Source of the DNA: Candidatus Scalindua sp. | GTDB lineage: Bacteria > Planctomycetota > Brocadiia > Brocadiales > Scalinduaceae | DNA length: 32,000 bases | Assembly: GCA_031316235.1 (NCBI GenBank) | Contig: JALDRA010000001.1 | Coordinates: forward strand, 600,001 to 632,000 | Direction: 5' to 3' | Shown: piece after piece, positions 8,601 through 16,249 of the stretch | Numbering within the stretch: the first letter of the stretch is position 1 | Layout of the letters: each line of letters starts with the position of its first letter | Notes under the pieces: model-generated | Seen by the model: only the letters and a program-made list of their open reading frames with translations | Databases searched by the model: none | Told to the model about the DNA's origin: nothing | Position numbers and translations under genes: made by a program

Positions 8601-10022
8601 CTATCGTCTTGAAGTACTACAAAAAAGTTTCCTGCCCAATGATTTACAAAAATCCTTATAATAGGAAAAGTCCGCCTTCACAGGAAGAAACATCTCCCTG
8701 ATCAAACTGTCCGTAAGCCTGGTATATATATATATGATCGTGAATGTAGCCAGCGTATACGCCAGAGTTGATGCTACAGCGGCTCCTTCTATACCGTAAC
8801 GGGGGATCAGGATAATGTCAAGAATCAGCATTGTTACCAATGACACCCCTGATGTCACACTGTATTTTGAAGGATGCCCTTGTGCAATCAATGCGTTCGC
8901 AATAATTTTCCATACCGAAAAAAAGAAAATTCCTGGCAGTAAAATCAGCAAAACGGCAGCGGAAGGCTGGAACGCTTGTCCAAAGGCAGAAGTAATCAGA
9001 ATCTTTCCAAACAGGAAGAGGAGTATGCACACTGCCAAGACGGGTAATACCACAAGCTTGCATACAACTGGCGTAAACTTCCTCGCCTCTTCCATCTCCA
9101 TCTGTGAGACTCTCGGCAGCAGTACACTCCCCACCGACTCAGGAATCTTCCATATTATCTCCGCTACATGCATGGCTACTATGTAGAGCCCTACAGTAGC
9201 AGGATTGAGAAAATAGCTTATCAGCAGGATATCACCCCTGTACGTAATGTCCTTCAGGATATTACCCACATGCGACTTAAGACCAAAACCCAGTAAACCT
9301 CTGATAATTCCCCAGTCAACGGAAATTTCGCTTGTCTCAATCTCCTTTAAGAGAAACCCTGTCCTTACAAAGACAGAAACAAGAAGTGCTGAAATAGTCG
9401 CTATCACAGCCCCGGTTAAGCCGAAATTCTTTACAATCAGTAATGCAACCAGCAGTACCATGTTTATGGCTGATTGAATAACAAAGAGGGCATTCATCAG
9501 GTTGATCCTGTAAAGTCCCTGAATGATACAGATAAAATGGTAGTTAAGCAGGTAAAACGGAGTAATAAAGGAAATAGTCATTAAAAGTCTCAAGCTTATG
9601 GTCTTAAAGAAAGTCCCTTTTAGTACATATACGGTCAGTACGCACACAGCCATAGAACCTATGCTTAAGATGAGCGAGAGAATAAGACAATTTACGACAA
9701 GTCTGGTAGGAGATGTTTTCGATGCATAATAGTTCGCAGCATGCCCGAGACCAAGCCTGCCAAAGGTAGTTGCAAAAAAGGGTATCAAGAGTAATAGCGT
9801 CAACTCTCCTTTTCCTTCCGGACCGAGGCACCTTGCAGTAATTATCGATGACCCCAAAGAGAGGGCAAGAATTGCAAACTGGGATACGGTGGTATTAAAT
9901 GAATAGGTGGCAAATTGCCCCATATGAAATGTTACCTGCTTCCAACTTCCTTTAAAACTATCAGGTGATTGAGCGCCCCTCCCCCATCTACTGCGCTGAT
10001 GGAATAATTCCTCAATCCTCAA
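8601..10022 (-). CDS. Polysaccharide flippase (Wzx / MOP-superfamily polysaccharide biosynthesis protein)
   Basis: 473 aa and highly hydrophobic, with about 12-14 predicted helices. The N-terminal ...ITARCLGPEGKGE... is typical of the family. The track start is TTG at 10022; ATG at 9923 (MGQFATYSF...) is a plausible true start. Confidence 0.65.
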   Translation of the reverse strand: MRIEELFHQRSRWGRGAQSPDSFKGSWKQVTFHMGQFATYSFNTTVSQFAILALSLGSSIITARCLGPEGKGELTLLLLIPFFATTFGRLGLGHAANYYASKTSPTRLVVNCLILSLILSIGSMAVCVLTVYVLKGTFFKTISLRLLMTISFITPFYLLNYHFICIIQGLYRINLMNALFVIQSAINMVLLVALLIVKNFGLTGAVIATISALLVSVFVRTGFLLKEIETSEISVDWGIIRGLLGFGLKSHVGNILKDITYRGDILLISYFLNPATVGLYIVAMHVAEIIWKIPESVGSVLLPRVSQMEMEEARKFTPVVCKLVVLPVLAVCILLFLFGKILITSAFGQAFQPSAAVLLILLPGIFFFSVWKIIANALIAQGHPSKYSVTSGVSLVTMLILDIILIPRYGIEGAAVASTLAYTLATFTIIYIYTRLTDSLIREMFLPVKADFSYYKDFCKSLGRKLFCSTSRR

Positions 10023-10080
10023 ACACCCTGGGGAGTTCCGGTTACGAAATCAGCTCGCCTTGTATCCCGGCAGTTCTGGT

Positions 10081-12024
10081 TCACGCACGGGATTTCTGTT
10101 CAAGCACTATTTGAGCCAGACTCTCCCCATCAATTCCATGGGCCTTGAGCACCTCTTGCGGTGTTCCACATGCAGGATAACCAGTTACCGCAAGTTTTAT
10201 GAATTTCTTGTTTCTCAATATTTCAGACCCTAACATAACATTAACCATCATATCCCCAAAACCACCCGTCGGAGCGTGGTTGTCGAGTGTTATTACCAAC
10301 TCACATTCACCAATGGCGGTTTCAATCCATTGGCTTTTTAATCGGTTAAGCCACGGCATATTGACAACTTTCAGGGATAAATTCTCCTTTTCCAGGATCT
10401 CTGAAGCCGTAAGCGCTTCATTCAGCATAACCGGACCATAGGTAAATAAGACAGCGTCACATCCGGCATTCAATACTGCACCTTCTCCCTGCTTGAGTTT
10501 ATGGCCCTCAGGGAGTGTTATGGTGCGGGGAGATGGAGAGATAATGAGTCGAATCATACAGTTATCCTTTGCCTCGTTAATACACCACGCAAGAATATTC
10601 CTGGTTTCTTCAGCGTTGCACGGTTCAAGAATCACACAGTTAGGAAGCGCCCCGAAGAGAGATATATCACGGAGACTCTGGTGAGACTTTCCAGGACCAG
10701 CGGGAATCAACCCGGAATAGTGGCACACGTAGATGATTTTCGTCTCTTCACTTGCATTGGCATAAATCTGCTCATTGGCCCTTGAAGCAAGGAAGACTCC
10801 AAAAGAGTTCACTACAGGCAAAAAACCCTGAAGAGCAAGCCCACCAGCCATTGAAACCATATCCTGTTCGGCAATTCCATTCTCTACAAAACGTTCCGGA
10901 AACTTATTTTCAAATGGCCGAAGGCCGCAGTCGGCTGAAAGATCAGCATCAAGCACTATGAGATCTTTTCTCTTTTCTCCAAGGGTAACCAGTGCCTCAC
11001 CGTATGCGGTTACCACCTTCTCTGCAGAATCCTTAAGCTTAACCCTCTGCCTTTCTCTGGTCTCCACTTCCTCTAATGCCAGGGAATCAAGCCCGAACCT
11101 CTTTAACTCATCATTCGCCCTGTTCACTAATTCTCTTATACCTGCTTCGTAAGAATCATCATCGGGTGCACCAGAGTGCCATTGGTACAGACCCCCATTA
11201 GCCTTGAGAGACGCTGGTCCTTCCATAAATGACACGCCCTTCCCCTTTACCGTATCGGCTATAAGAACCTTGGGCTTATCCTTAACCTCCCTGAACTTCT
11301 CGAATGCCCGGGAAAGCTTTGTAAAATCGTGTCCATTGCACCGTTCTACATGCCAGCCAAATATCTCGAATTTTCTTTCTAAATCCCTGAGGTCTATGAT
11401 CTCACTTACCGCCTTATCTGTCTGTATCTTATTGAAGTCAACTATCACGTGGAGGTTGTTTATTTTCTGATGAGCGGTAGTCTGAAGAGATTCCCATATC
11501 TGCCCTTCCTGGAGTTCTCCATCGCCCGTCATCACAATTACGCGTCCTTTATTTCCCCTCAGCATCTTGGCCATCCCCATTCCCTTCGCCTTGGAAATCC
11601 CCATACCAAGAGACCCTGAGTTTGCTTCAATACCAGGAATTTTTATATCCGGATGACCATCCAGTCCTCCCAGCCGTCTAAGTTTGAGTAGTTTCTCGTA
11701 ACTGATAATTCCTGCTGAAAAAAGTACTGAATACATTCCGGGACATTCATGACCTTTTGAAGAAAAATAGATATCCCGATCCGGATTATCAATCCCGAGA
11801 TCCAGGGTATTCATTTCATTGAAATAGAGTAATACTACAATATCCAAGGCACTGAAACTTGAACCGAGATGGCCGGAACCCGCTTTTTTTACCGCCGAAA
11901 GGGTGTTCAGTCTACAGAGAGTACCAACAATACGGAGTTTGTCAAATTTTTCAATATCTGCATCTCTGATACGGGTAAATTCGTTATAGGGAACAAATAC
12001 TATCTTTAGCATGATCTCGTTCAC
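10081..12024 (-). CDS. Transketolase-family TPP enzyme (N- and C-terminal halves fused)
   Basis: 647 aa. GSGHLGSSFS and RDIYFSSKGHECPGMY (TPP/PP domain), MTGDGELQEGQIWE (GDG-x-N-type Mg-TPP motif), then Pyr and C-terminal domains. The GTG start forms a GTGA overlap with the ALDH stop (12024-12021). Confidence 0.85.
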   Translation of the reverse strand: MNEIMLKIVFVPYNEFTRIRDADIEKFDKLRIVGTLCRLNTLSAVKKAGSGHLGSSFSALDIVVLLYFNEMNTLDLGIDNPDRDIYFSSKGHECPGMYSVLFSAGIISYEKLLKLRRLGGLDGHPDIKIPGIEANSGSLGMGISKAKGMGMAKMLRGNKGRVIVMTGDGELQEGQIWESLQTTAHQKINNLHVIVDFNKIQTDKAVSEIIDLRDLERKFEIFGWHVERCNGHDFTKLSRAFEKFREVKDKPKVLIADTVKGKGVSFMEGPASLKANGGLYQWHSGAPDDDSYEAGIRELVNRANDELKRFGLDSLALEEVETRERQRVKLKDSAEKVVTAYGEALVTLGEKRKDLIVLDADLSADCGLRPFENKFPERFVENGIAEQDMVSMAGGLALQGFLPVVNSFGVFLASRANEQIYANASEETKIIYVCHYSGLIPAGPGKSHQSLRDISLFGALPNCVILEPCNAEETRNILAWCINEAKDNCMIRLIISPSPRTITLPEGHKLKQGEGAVLNAGCDAVLFTYGPVMLNEALTASEILEKENLSLKVVNMPWLNRLKSQWIETAIGECELVITLDNHAPTGGFGDMMVNVMLGSEILRNKKFIKLAVTGYPACGTPQEVLKAHGIDGESLAQIVLEQKSRA

Positions 12025-13511
12025 TCTTTCTTTTCAAATTGTACGTTCTGGATCTTTGCACTGTAATCGATATACAAAGTCTTCACTTCAGAGAATGCCT
12101 CAATGGCAGCCCAGCCAACCTCTCGATAACCAAGGCCAGAACTTTTGAGGCCACCAAACGGAAGATGAGGTTCCGAGCCGAATGTAGGGGCATTGATGTA
12201 ACATACACCACAAGCCGAATCGTCAAAAAAACGCATAGCTCTGCTGACGTCTCTGGTGAATAGTGAGGACGACAATCCATACGGACAGTCATTAAGACTC
12301 TTGATCGCATCGTCATAGGATTCAGCCTTGAGAACCACAAGCACCGGACCAAATACCTCATCTCTTGCTATCTCCATATCGGTTGTTATGTTTTCCATGA
12401 CTGTCGGTTCAATATAATATCCTTTATCGTATACACCGCCGGTAAGGGGTTTTCCTCCAACCAGTATCCTTGCACCATCACGTACCGCACGATCAATATA
12501 TCCAAGAACCCTTTCCATCTGCTTTCTGCTTATAAGGCCCGTAACCTGAGAGGATTCATCATAACCAGGACCCACCTTCTGGGCTTTTGTAAGGGTAAGG
12601 AGTTTTTCAACAAAGGGATCATACACCTCCTTGTGCACAATCACACGACCTGTTGCGGTACACCTTTGACCGGATATGGAAAAAGCGCCGCAGACAACAC
12701 CGTCCGCTGCCAGATCAAGGTCCGCATCATCCATTACGACGACTCCATTCTTCCCCCCAAGCTCAAGTGAAATCTTCGCAAGCCTTCCCGCACAATTCCT
12801 TCCAATCATCTTTCCTACCTCACTTGAACCGGTAAAGGAGATCATTGACACTTGAGGATGAAGCGTGAGGGCTTCTCCGGCATGCTTTCCACAACCGTGT
12901 ATGAGGTTAAGTACTCCCTTTGGGAGACCTGCCTCATCAAGAACCTTTACAAACTCAACAGCAGTCTCAGGAGTGTTTTCTTCGGATTTCAAGACCACGG
13001 TATTTCCGCAGACCAGCGCCGGGAATGTCTTCCAGCAGGTTATGGCCATGGGAAAGTTCCATGAGGTAATAATCCCCATAACTCCTACAGGATATCTCCT
13101 GGTCATGGCAAAACGGTTCCTTAGCCCTGACGGAGTAGTCCTTCCGTAAAACCTCCTCCCCTCACCTGCAGCAAAAAAGGCCATATCTATTCCCGATTGA
13201 ACATCCCCCATTGCACCGCTTACGGTCTTCCCGTTCTCACGAGAGAGAATTTCTGCAAGCTCTTTTTTTCTTGAAGCCATGAGAGAACCCGCCTTAAAAA
13301 GTATCTCACCTCTCTCTGTCGGCGGAACAGCCTTCCACAGATCCAATGCTTTGTGAGAAACCTTGACGGCACGGTCAACATCTTCTTTACTGGAGAGTGG
13401 ATAAAATCCTATAATCTCTTCCCGGTTTGAAGGATTCATATTCTTGAACGTCTCACCAGATAAGGCATCAACCCATTCACCATTAATAAAATTCTTAAAG
13501 TATTTTGTCAT
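12021..13511 (-). CDS. NAD(P)+-dependent aldehyde dehydrogenase
   Basis: 496 aa. ELGGKN, catalytic-Cys motif FSISGQRCTA, and EEVFGPV-like DEVFGPVL. SD gggag lies 8 nt upstream of the ATG at 13511. Confidence 0.9.
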   Translation of the reverse strand: MTKYFKNFINGEWVDALSGETFKNMNPSNREEIIGFYPLSSKEDVDRAVKVSHKALDLWKAVPPTERGEILFKAGSLMASRKKELAEILSRENGKTVSGAMGDVQSGIDMAFFAAGEGRRFYGRTTPSGLRNRFAMTRRYPVGVMGIITSWNFPMAITCWKTFPALVCGNTVVLKSEENTPETAVEFVKVLDEAGLPKGVLNLIHGCGKHAGEALTLHPQVSMISFTGSSEVGKMIGRNCAGRLAKISLELGGKNGVVVMDDADLDLAADGVVCGAFSISGQRCTATGRVIVHKEVYDPFVEKLLTLTKAQKVGPGYDESSQVTGLISRKQMERVLGYIDRAVRDGARILVGGKPLTGGVYDKGYYIEPTVMENITTDMEIARDEVFGPVLVVLKAESYDDAIKSLNDCPYGLSSSLFTRDVSRAMRFFDDSACGVCYINAPTFGSEPHLPFGGLKSSGLGYREVGWAAIEAFSEVKTLYIDYSAKIQNVQFEKKE

Positions 13512-13533
13512 TATTCAGCTCCCTAAGCTGGCA

Positions 13534-13578
13534 GAGCCAGAACTAAAAAAGGAATACATGTATAACATGTTCTGGCTC
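13534..13578 (-). other. 10-bp perfect inverted repeat enclosing a 10-bp palindrome, in the ALDH leader
   Basis: gagccagaac (13534-13543) and gttctggctc (13569-13578) are perfect complements. The 25-nt loop contains atacatgtat. Lies 23 nt upstream of the ALDH ATG. Confidence 0.5.
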
Positions 13579-13590
13579 GGTCAGGTTGTA

Positions 13591-13698
13591 TACTAAAACC
13601 GATTTAGTTTCCGGTTTTACCGGAAACCAAATCTTGGTGAAGGTATACTCGCTCAATTTTATCTCGGATTTTATCCGAAATCCAGTATGAGATGAGTA
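13591..13698 (+). mobile_element. Family A structured repeat (MITE-like), copy A1, 108 bp
   Basis: tactaaaaccgatttagtttccggttttaccggaaaccaaatcttggtgaaggtatactcgctcaattttatctcggattttatccgaaatccagtatgagatgagta, bracketed by TA (13589-90) and TA (13699-700). Hairpins are gtttccgg-tttta-ccggaaac and tcggat-ttt-atccga. Confidence 0.8.
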
Positions 13699-13802
13699 TA
13701 TAATGAAAACCTGCAGTTTTCAAACTTCCCTTTATTATATAAAAATAACAGCTGTCCATTTTTCTTTACCACACAAAGGTGTGAGAAAACGGCCTGTAAT
13801 AA

Positions 13803-13926
13803 TGTCTGAGCGATAACTACGCAGGTACAAGGCGCGCAAAAATTTTGTAACCGGAACGTACTTGAGTACGTGAGGATTGCGAGATTTTTACCGCAGCGAA
13901 GCAGATGGATAGTTTTCGTTCAAACA
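13803..13926. repeat. Family B structured repeat, copy 2
   Basis: Collinear with 7804-7927. Identical blocks are caggtacaaggcgcg, aaccgga, agtacgtgaggat and agttttcgttcaaaca. The left terminus is decayed (tgtctgagcgataa). Ends 8 nt from the TAG stop (13935-13937) of the SDR gene. Confidence 0.85.
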
Positions 13927-13934
13927 TCAAATTT

Positions 13935-14771
13935 CTACCAGCAACTGTAACCACCATCTATTATTAAATTGGCTCCCGTCATATAGGATGAGGCATCTGA
14001 AGCCAGAAAAAGCACCGCGCCACTGTATTCGCCTTCTCCCGCCATACGCCCGAGCGGTACTTTAGAACAATAGTTCTTCAAAAACGTCTCATCCTGATTA
14101 TTAAAAACCCCTCCCAATGTGAGAGTATTCACCCGGACCCCTGCCCCGGCCCAGTAGGTAGCAAGATACCGTGTAAGATTCAAGACACCTGACTTGGTAA
14201 CTGAGTACGAAACTGGTTTAAAGAAAGGCTCTTCCTTATACTCATATAACCTCTGATCCGGAGAAAGATTACCGTAGATGGAAGAAATATTGATTATACT
14301 GCCCTTACCGCTTCTGGCAATAGCTCCGCCTATCACCTGGCAGGACAAAAACATTCCCGTTAAGTTTACGTCTATTATTGCCTGCCATGACGACTCAGGG
14401 TATGTCTCAAAGGGTCCTGTTTCCTGCTCCGATGCATTTGGAGGAGCATCAACAGCAGCATTATTAACCAAAATAGCAGGAGGACCGAACCGGGATAACA
14501 CTTCTCCCAAACCGTCTTGAAGAGATTTTCTACTGGTTATGTCTGCCTCAACTAATAATAGATTCTCAGAATCAATTTTCCCCAGTTTCGATTTGGGATT
14601 GTCGAGCCTTATATCAAAAGCTGCGACACGTGCATTGGCGGCAAGCAGCGTTTGAACATATTCACCTCCAAGTTGTCCTGCTGCACCAGTCACGACCGCA
14701 ACCCTTCCGGATAAACTGAAAAGTCCTTCGCTCTTGGAAATCAATCCTGATCTATTACGGGTTACCTTCAT
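13935..14771 (-). CDS. Short-chain dehydrogenase/reductase (SDR)
   Basis: 278 aa. VVTGAAGQLGGEY (TGxxxGxG), NNAAV, and the catalytic YSVTK (YxxxK). Confidence 0.85.
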   Translation of the reverse strand: MKVTRNRSGLISKSEGLFSLSGRVAVVTGAAGQLGGEYVQTLLAANARVAAFDIRLDNPKSKLGKIDSENLLLVEADITSRKSLQDGLGEVLSRFGPPAILVNNAAVDAPPNASEQETGPFETYPESSWQAIIDVNLTGMFLSCQVIGGAIARSGKGSIINISSIYGNLSPDQRLYEYKEEPFFKPVSYSVTKSGVLNLTRYLATYWAGAGVRVNTLTLGGVFNNQDETFLKNYCSKVPLGRMAGEGEYSGAVLFLASDASSYMTGANLIIDGGYSCW

Positions 14772-14842
14772 GAATCAAACAAGATTTTCAAATTAGAAAA
14801 AAACGTTCTCTCTGCCTGAAATATATCTTTCTGTGGTTCTCA

Positions 14843-15898
14843 TCACTCCAGGAAATCGAGCGAGATCGGCTCCTCTTCATTTAAATCGACTTTCAGCTTC
14901 CTGCCTATGATTTTATCAGCCAGATATGGTGGAACTCCGTTAGCGGGTGTCTTAAAGATAATATCATTCCGGGTAAGGATAGTACCTGCGGAGAGCGGTT
15001 CAGAAGTGTAGATGCCTTTCCCCATCTTATTTCTTGCCTCTTTTTCAAAGTCATAGACAACACGCTCTTCATCACCAAGAGAGATATCCACACGATTCAA
15101 ATCCCTCACCTGTTTTCGCAACCCTTCCGGCTCCAGGGAGAACTTATGGTCAGTTCCTTTCCATGAACGATTCAACGTGAAATGCTTTTCTACAACCCTG
15201 GCACCAAGCATATAGGCAATTACGGGAGCTAAAATACCATTGTCATGGCTGGAATACCCTATAATGGCATCGGGAAATTCCCTTTTTAATACCTTTACAA
15301 TCCTCAAATTCAAGTTCCGGTATTCAACAGGGTATTCTGCAATGCAATGCAGAATACAGATTTTATCATTATGGGGTCGAATCGTTTCATAGGCTATCCG
15401 TATCTCATCGAATGTCGCAGCTCCGGTTGAAACAAACATTGGTTTTCCTAATGTGGCAACATACTTCAACAGGGGAGTATTGGTTAGATCTCCGGAAGCA
15501 ATCTTATAGCTGGTTATGCCTAATTTCTCAAGGAAGTCAACACTCTTAAAATCAAAGGCTGCAGCCATGAATTCAACTCCATTCTCCTCAGCACAATTCA
15601 TAATTTCAACATACTCGTCCCAACCAAATTCGAGATATTCCCGATGTTCCCCATACGTAGCCCCGTAGCTGTTCTCGTTATCATACGGTTTATTGTAGAA
15701 TTCCTTCGTGTAGAGACTCTTATTATCCCGCTTTTGAAATTTCACAGCATTGACACCGCAATTTGCGGCAACCTTAATCATTTCAAGAGCAGTTTCCAGT
15801 TTGCCTTGATGATTGTGCCCAATCTCGGCGATAATAAAACACGGCCCATTATCAGAAATTACGCTTTTACCAAAATGAACGGTTTTCATAAATAACAT
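14843..15898 (-). CDS. NeuB-family nonulosonic/sialic acid synthase (PEP-condensing) with C-terminal SAF domain
   Basis: 351 aa. CFIIAEIGHNHQGKLETALEMIKVAANCGVNAVKFQKR is the NeuB/PseI/LegI signature. C-terminal ...LSAGTILTRNDIIFKTPANG is SAF-like. Substrate class cannot be told by eye. Confidence 0.85.
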   Translation of the reverse strand: MLFMKTVHFGKSVISDNGPCFIIAEIGHNHQGKLETALEMIKVAANCGVNAVKFQKRDNKSLYTKEFYNKPYDNENSYGATYGEHREYLEFGWDEYVEIMNCAEENGVEFMAAAFDFKSVDFLEKLGITSYKIASGDLTNTPLLKYVATLGKPMFVSTGAATFDEIRIAYETIRPHNDKICILHCIAEYPVEYRNLNLRIVKVLKREFPDAIIGYSSHDNGILAPVIAYMLGARVVEKHFTLNRSWKGTDHKFSLEPEGLRKQVRDLNRVDISLGDEERVVYDFEKEARNKMGKGIYTSEPLSAGTILTRNDIIFKTPANGVPPYLADKIIGRKLKVDLNEEEPISLDFLE

Positions 15899-16249
15899 TC
15901 TCCCCGTGAAAAACCTGCAAGGCTCTTTCTCCGGCGGTTAGGGCTCAGAAAAAATAACGCTGACAGCGTGAGAAAAACTAAAACGTATAATAGCTAAAGA
16001 CAGATCCGTCCCCTTTCAGTTACATACAATCTTCACCATAACATTTATGAGATCAGCAACTTACAGCAATCTGCAAAAAAAAGATACTCCGCCTGAATCA
16101 TTTCTGAATTGATTTCTTTAGAACTCTACCTTAAACCTGATATATATTGCATTGTAAGACTTATTGAGCACAATATATATGATTGTGCAGGAAAAAGTCA
16201 ATAATCATTTTACTATCACCTGATAAGCTTGCTAAAAAACACTTAATTA

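Noticed and set aside
16027-16058. Short strings resembling family A pieces: cttcacca and aacatttatgagatcagca at 16027-16058, and gtataatgatgagtata at 4391-4407.
   Set aside because: These are matches of only 8-19 nt with several mismatches and inconsistent orientation. They are too short to call relics without a computed alignment against a genome-wide consensus.
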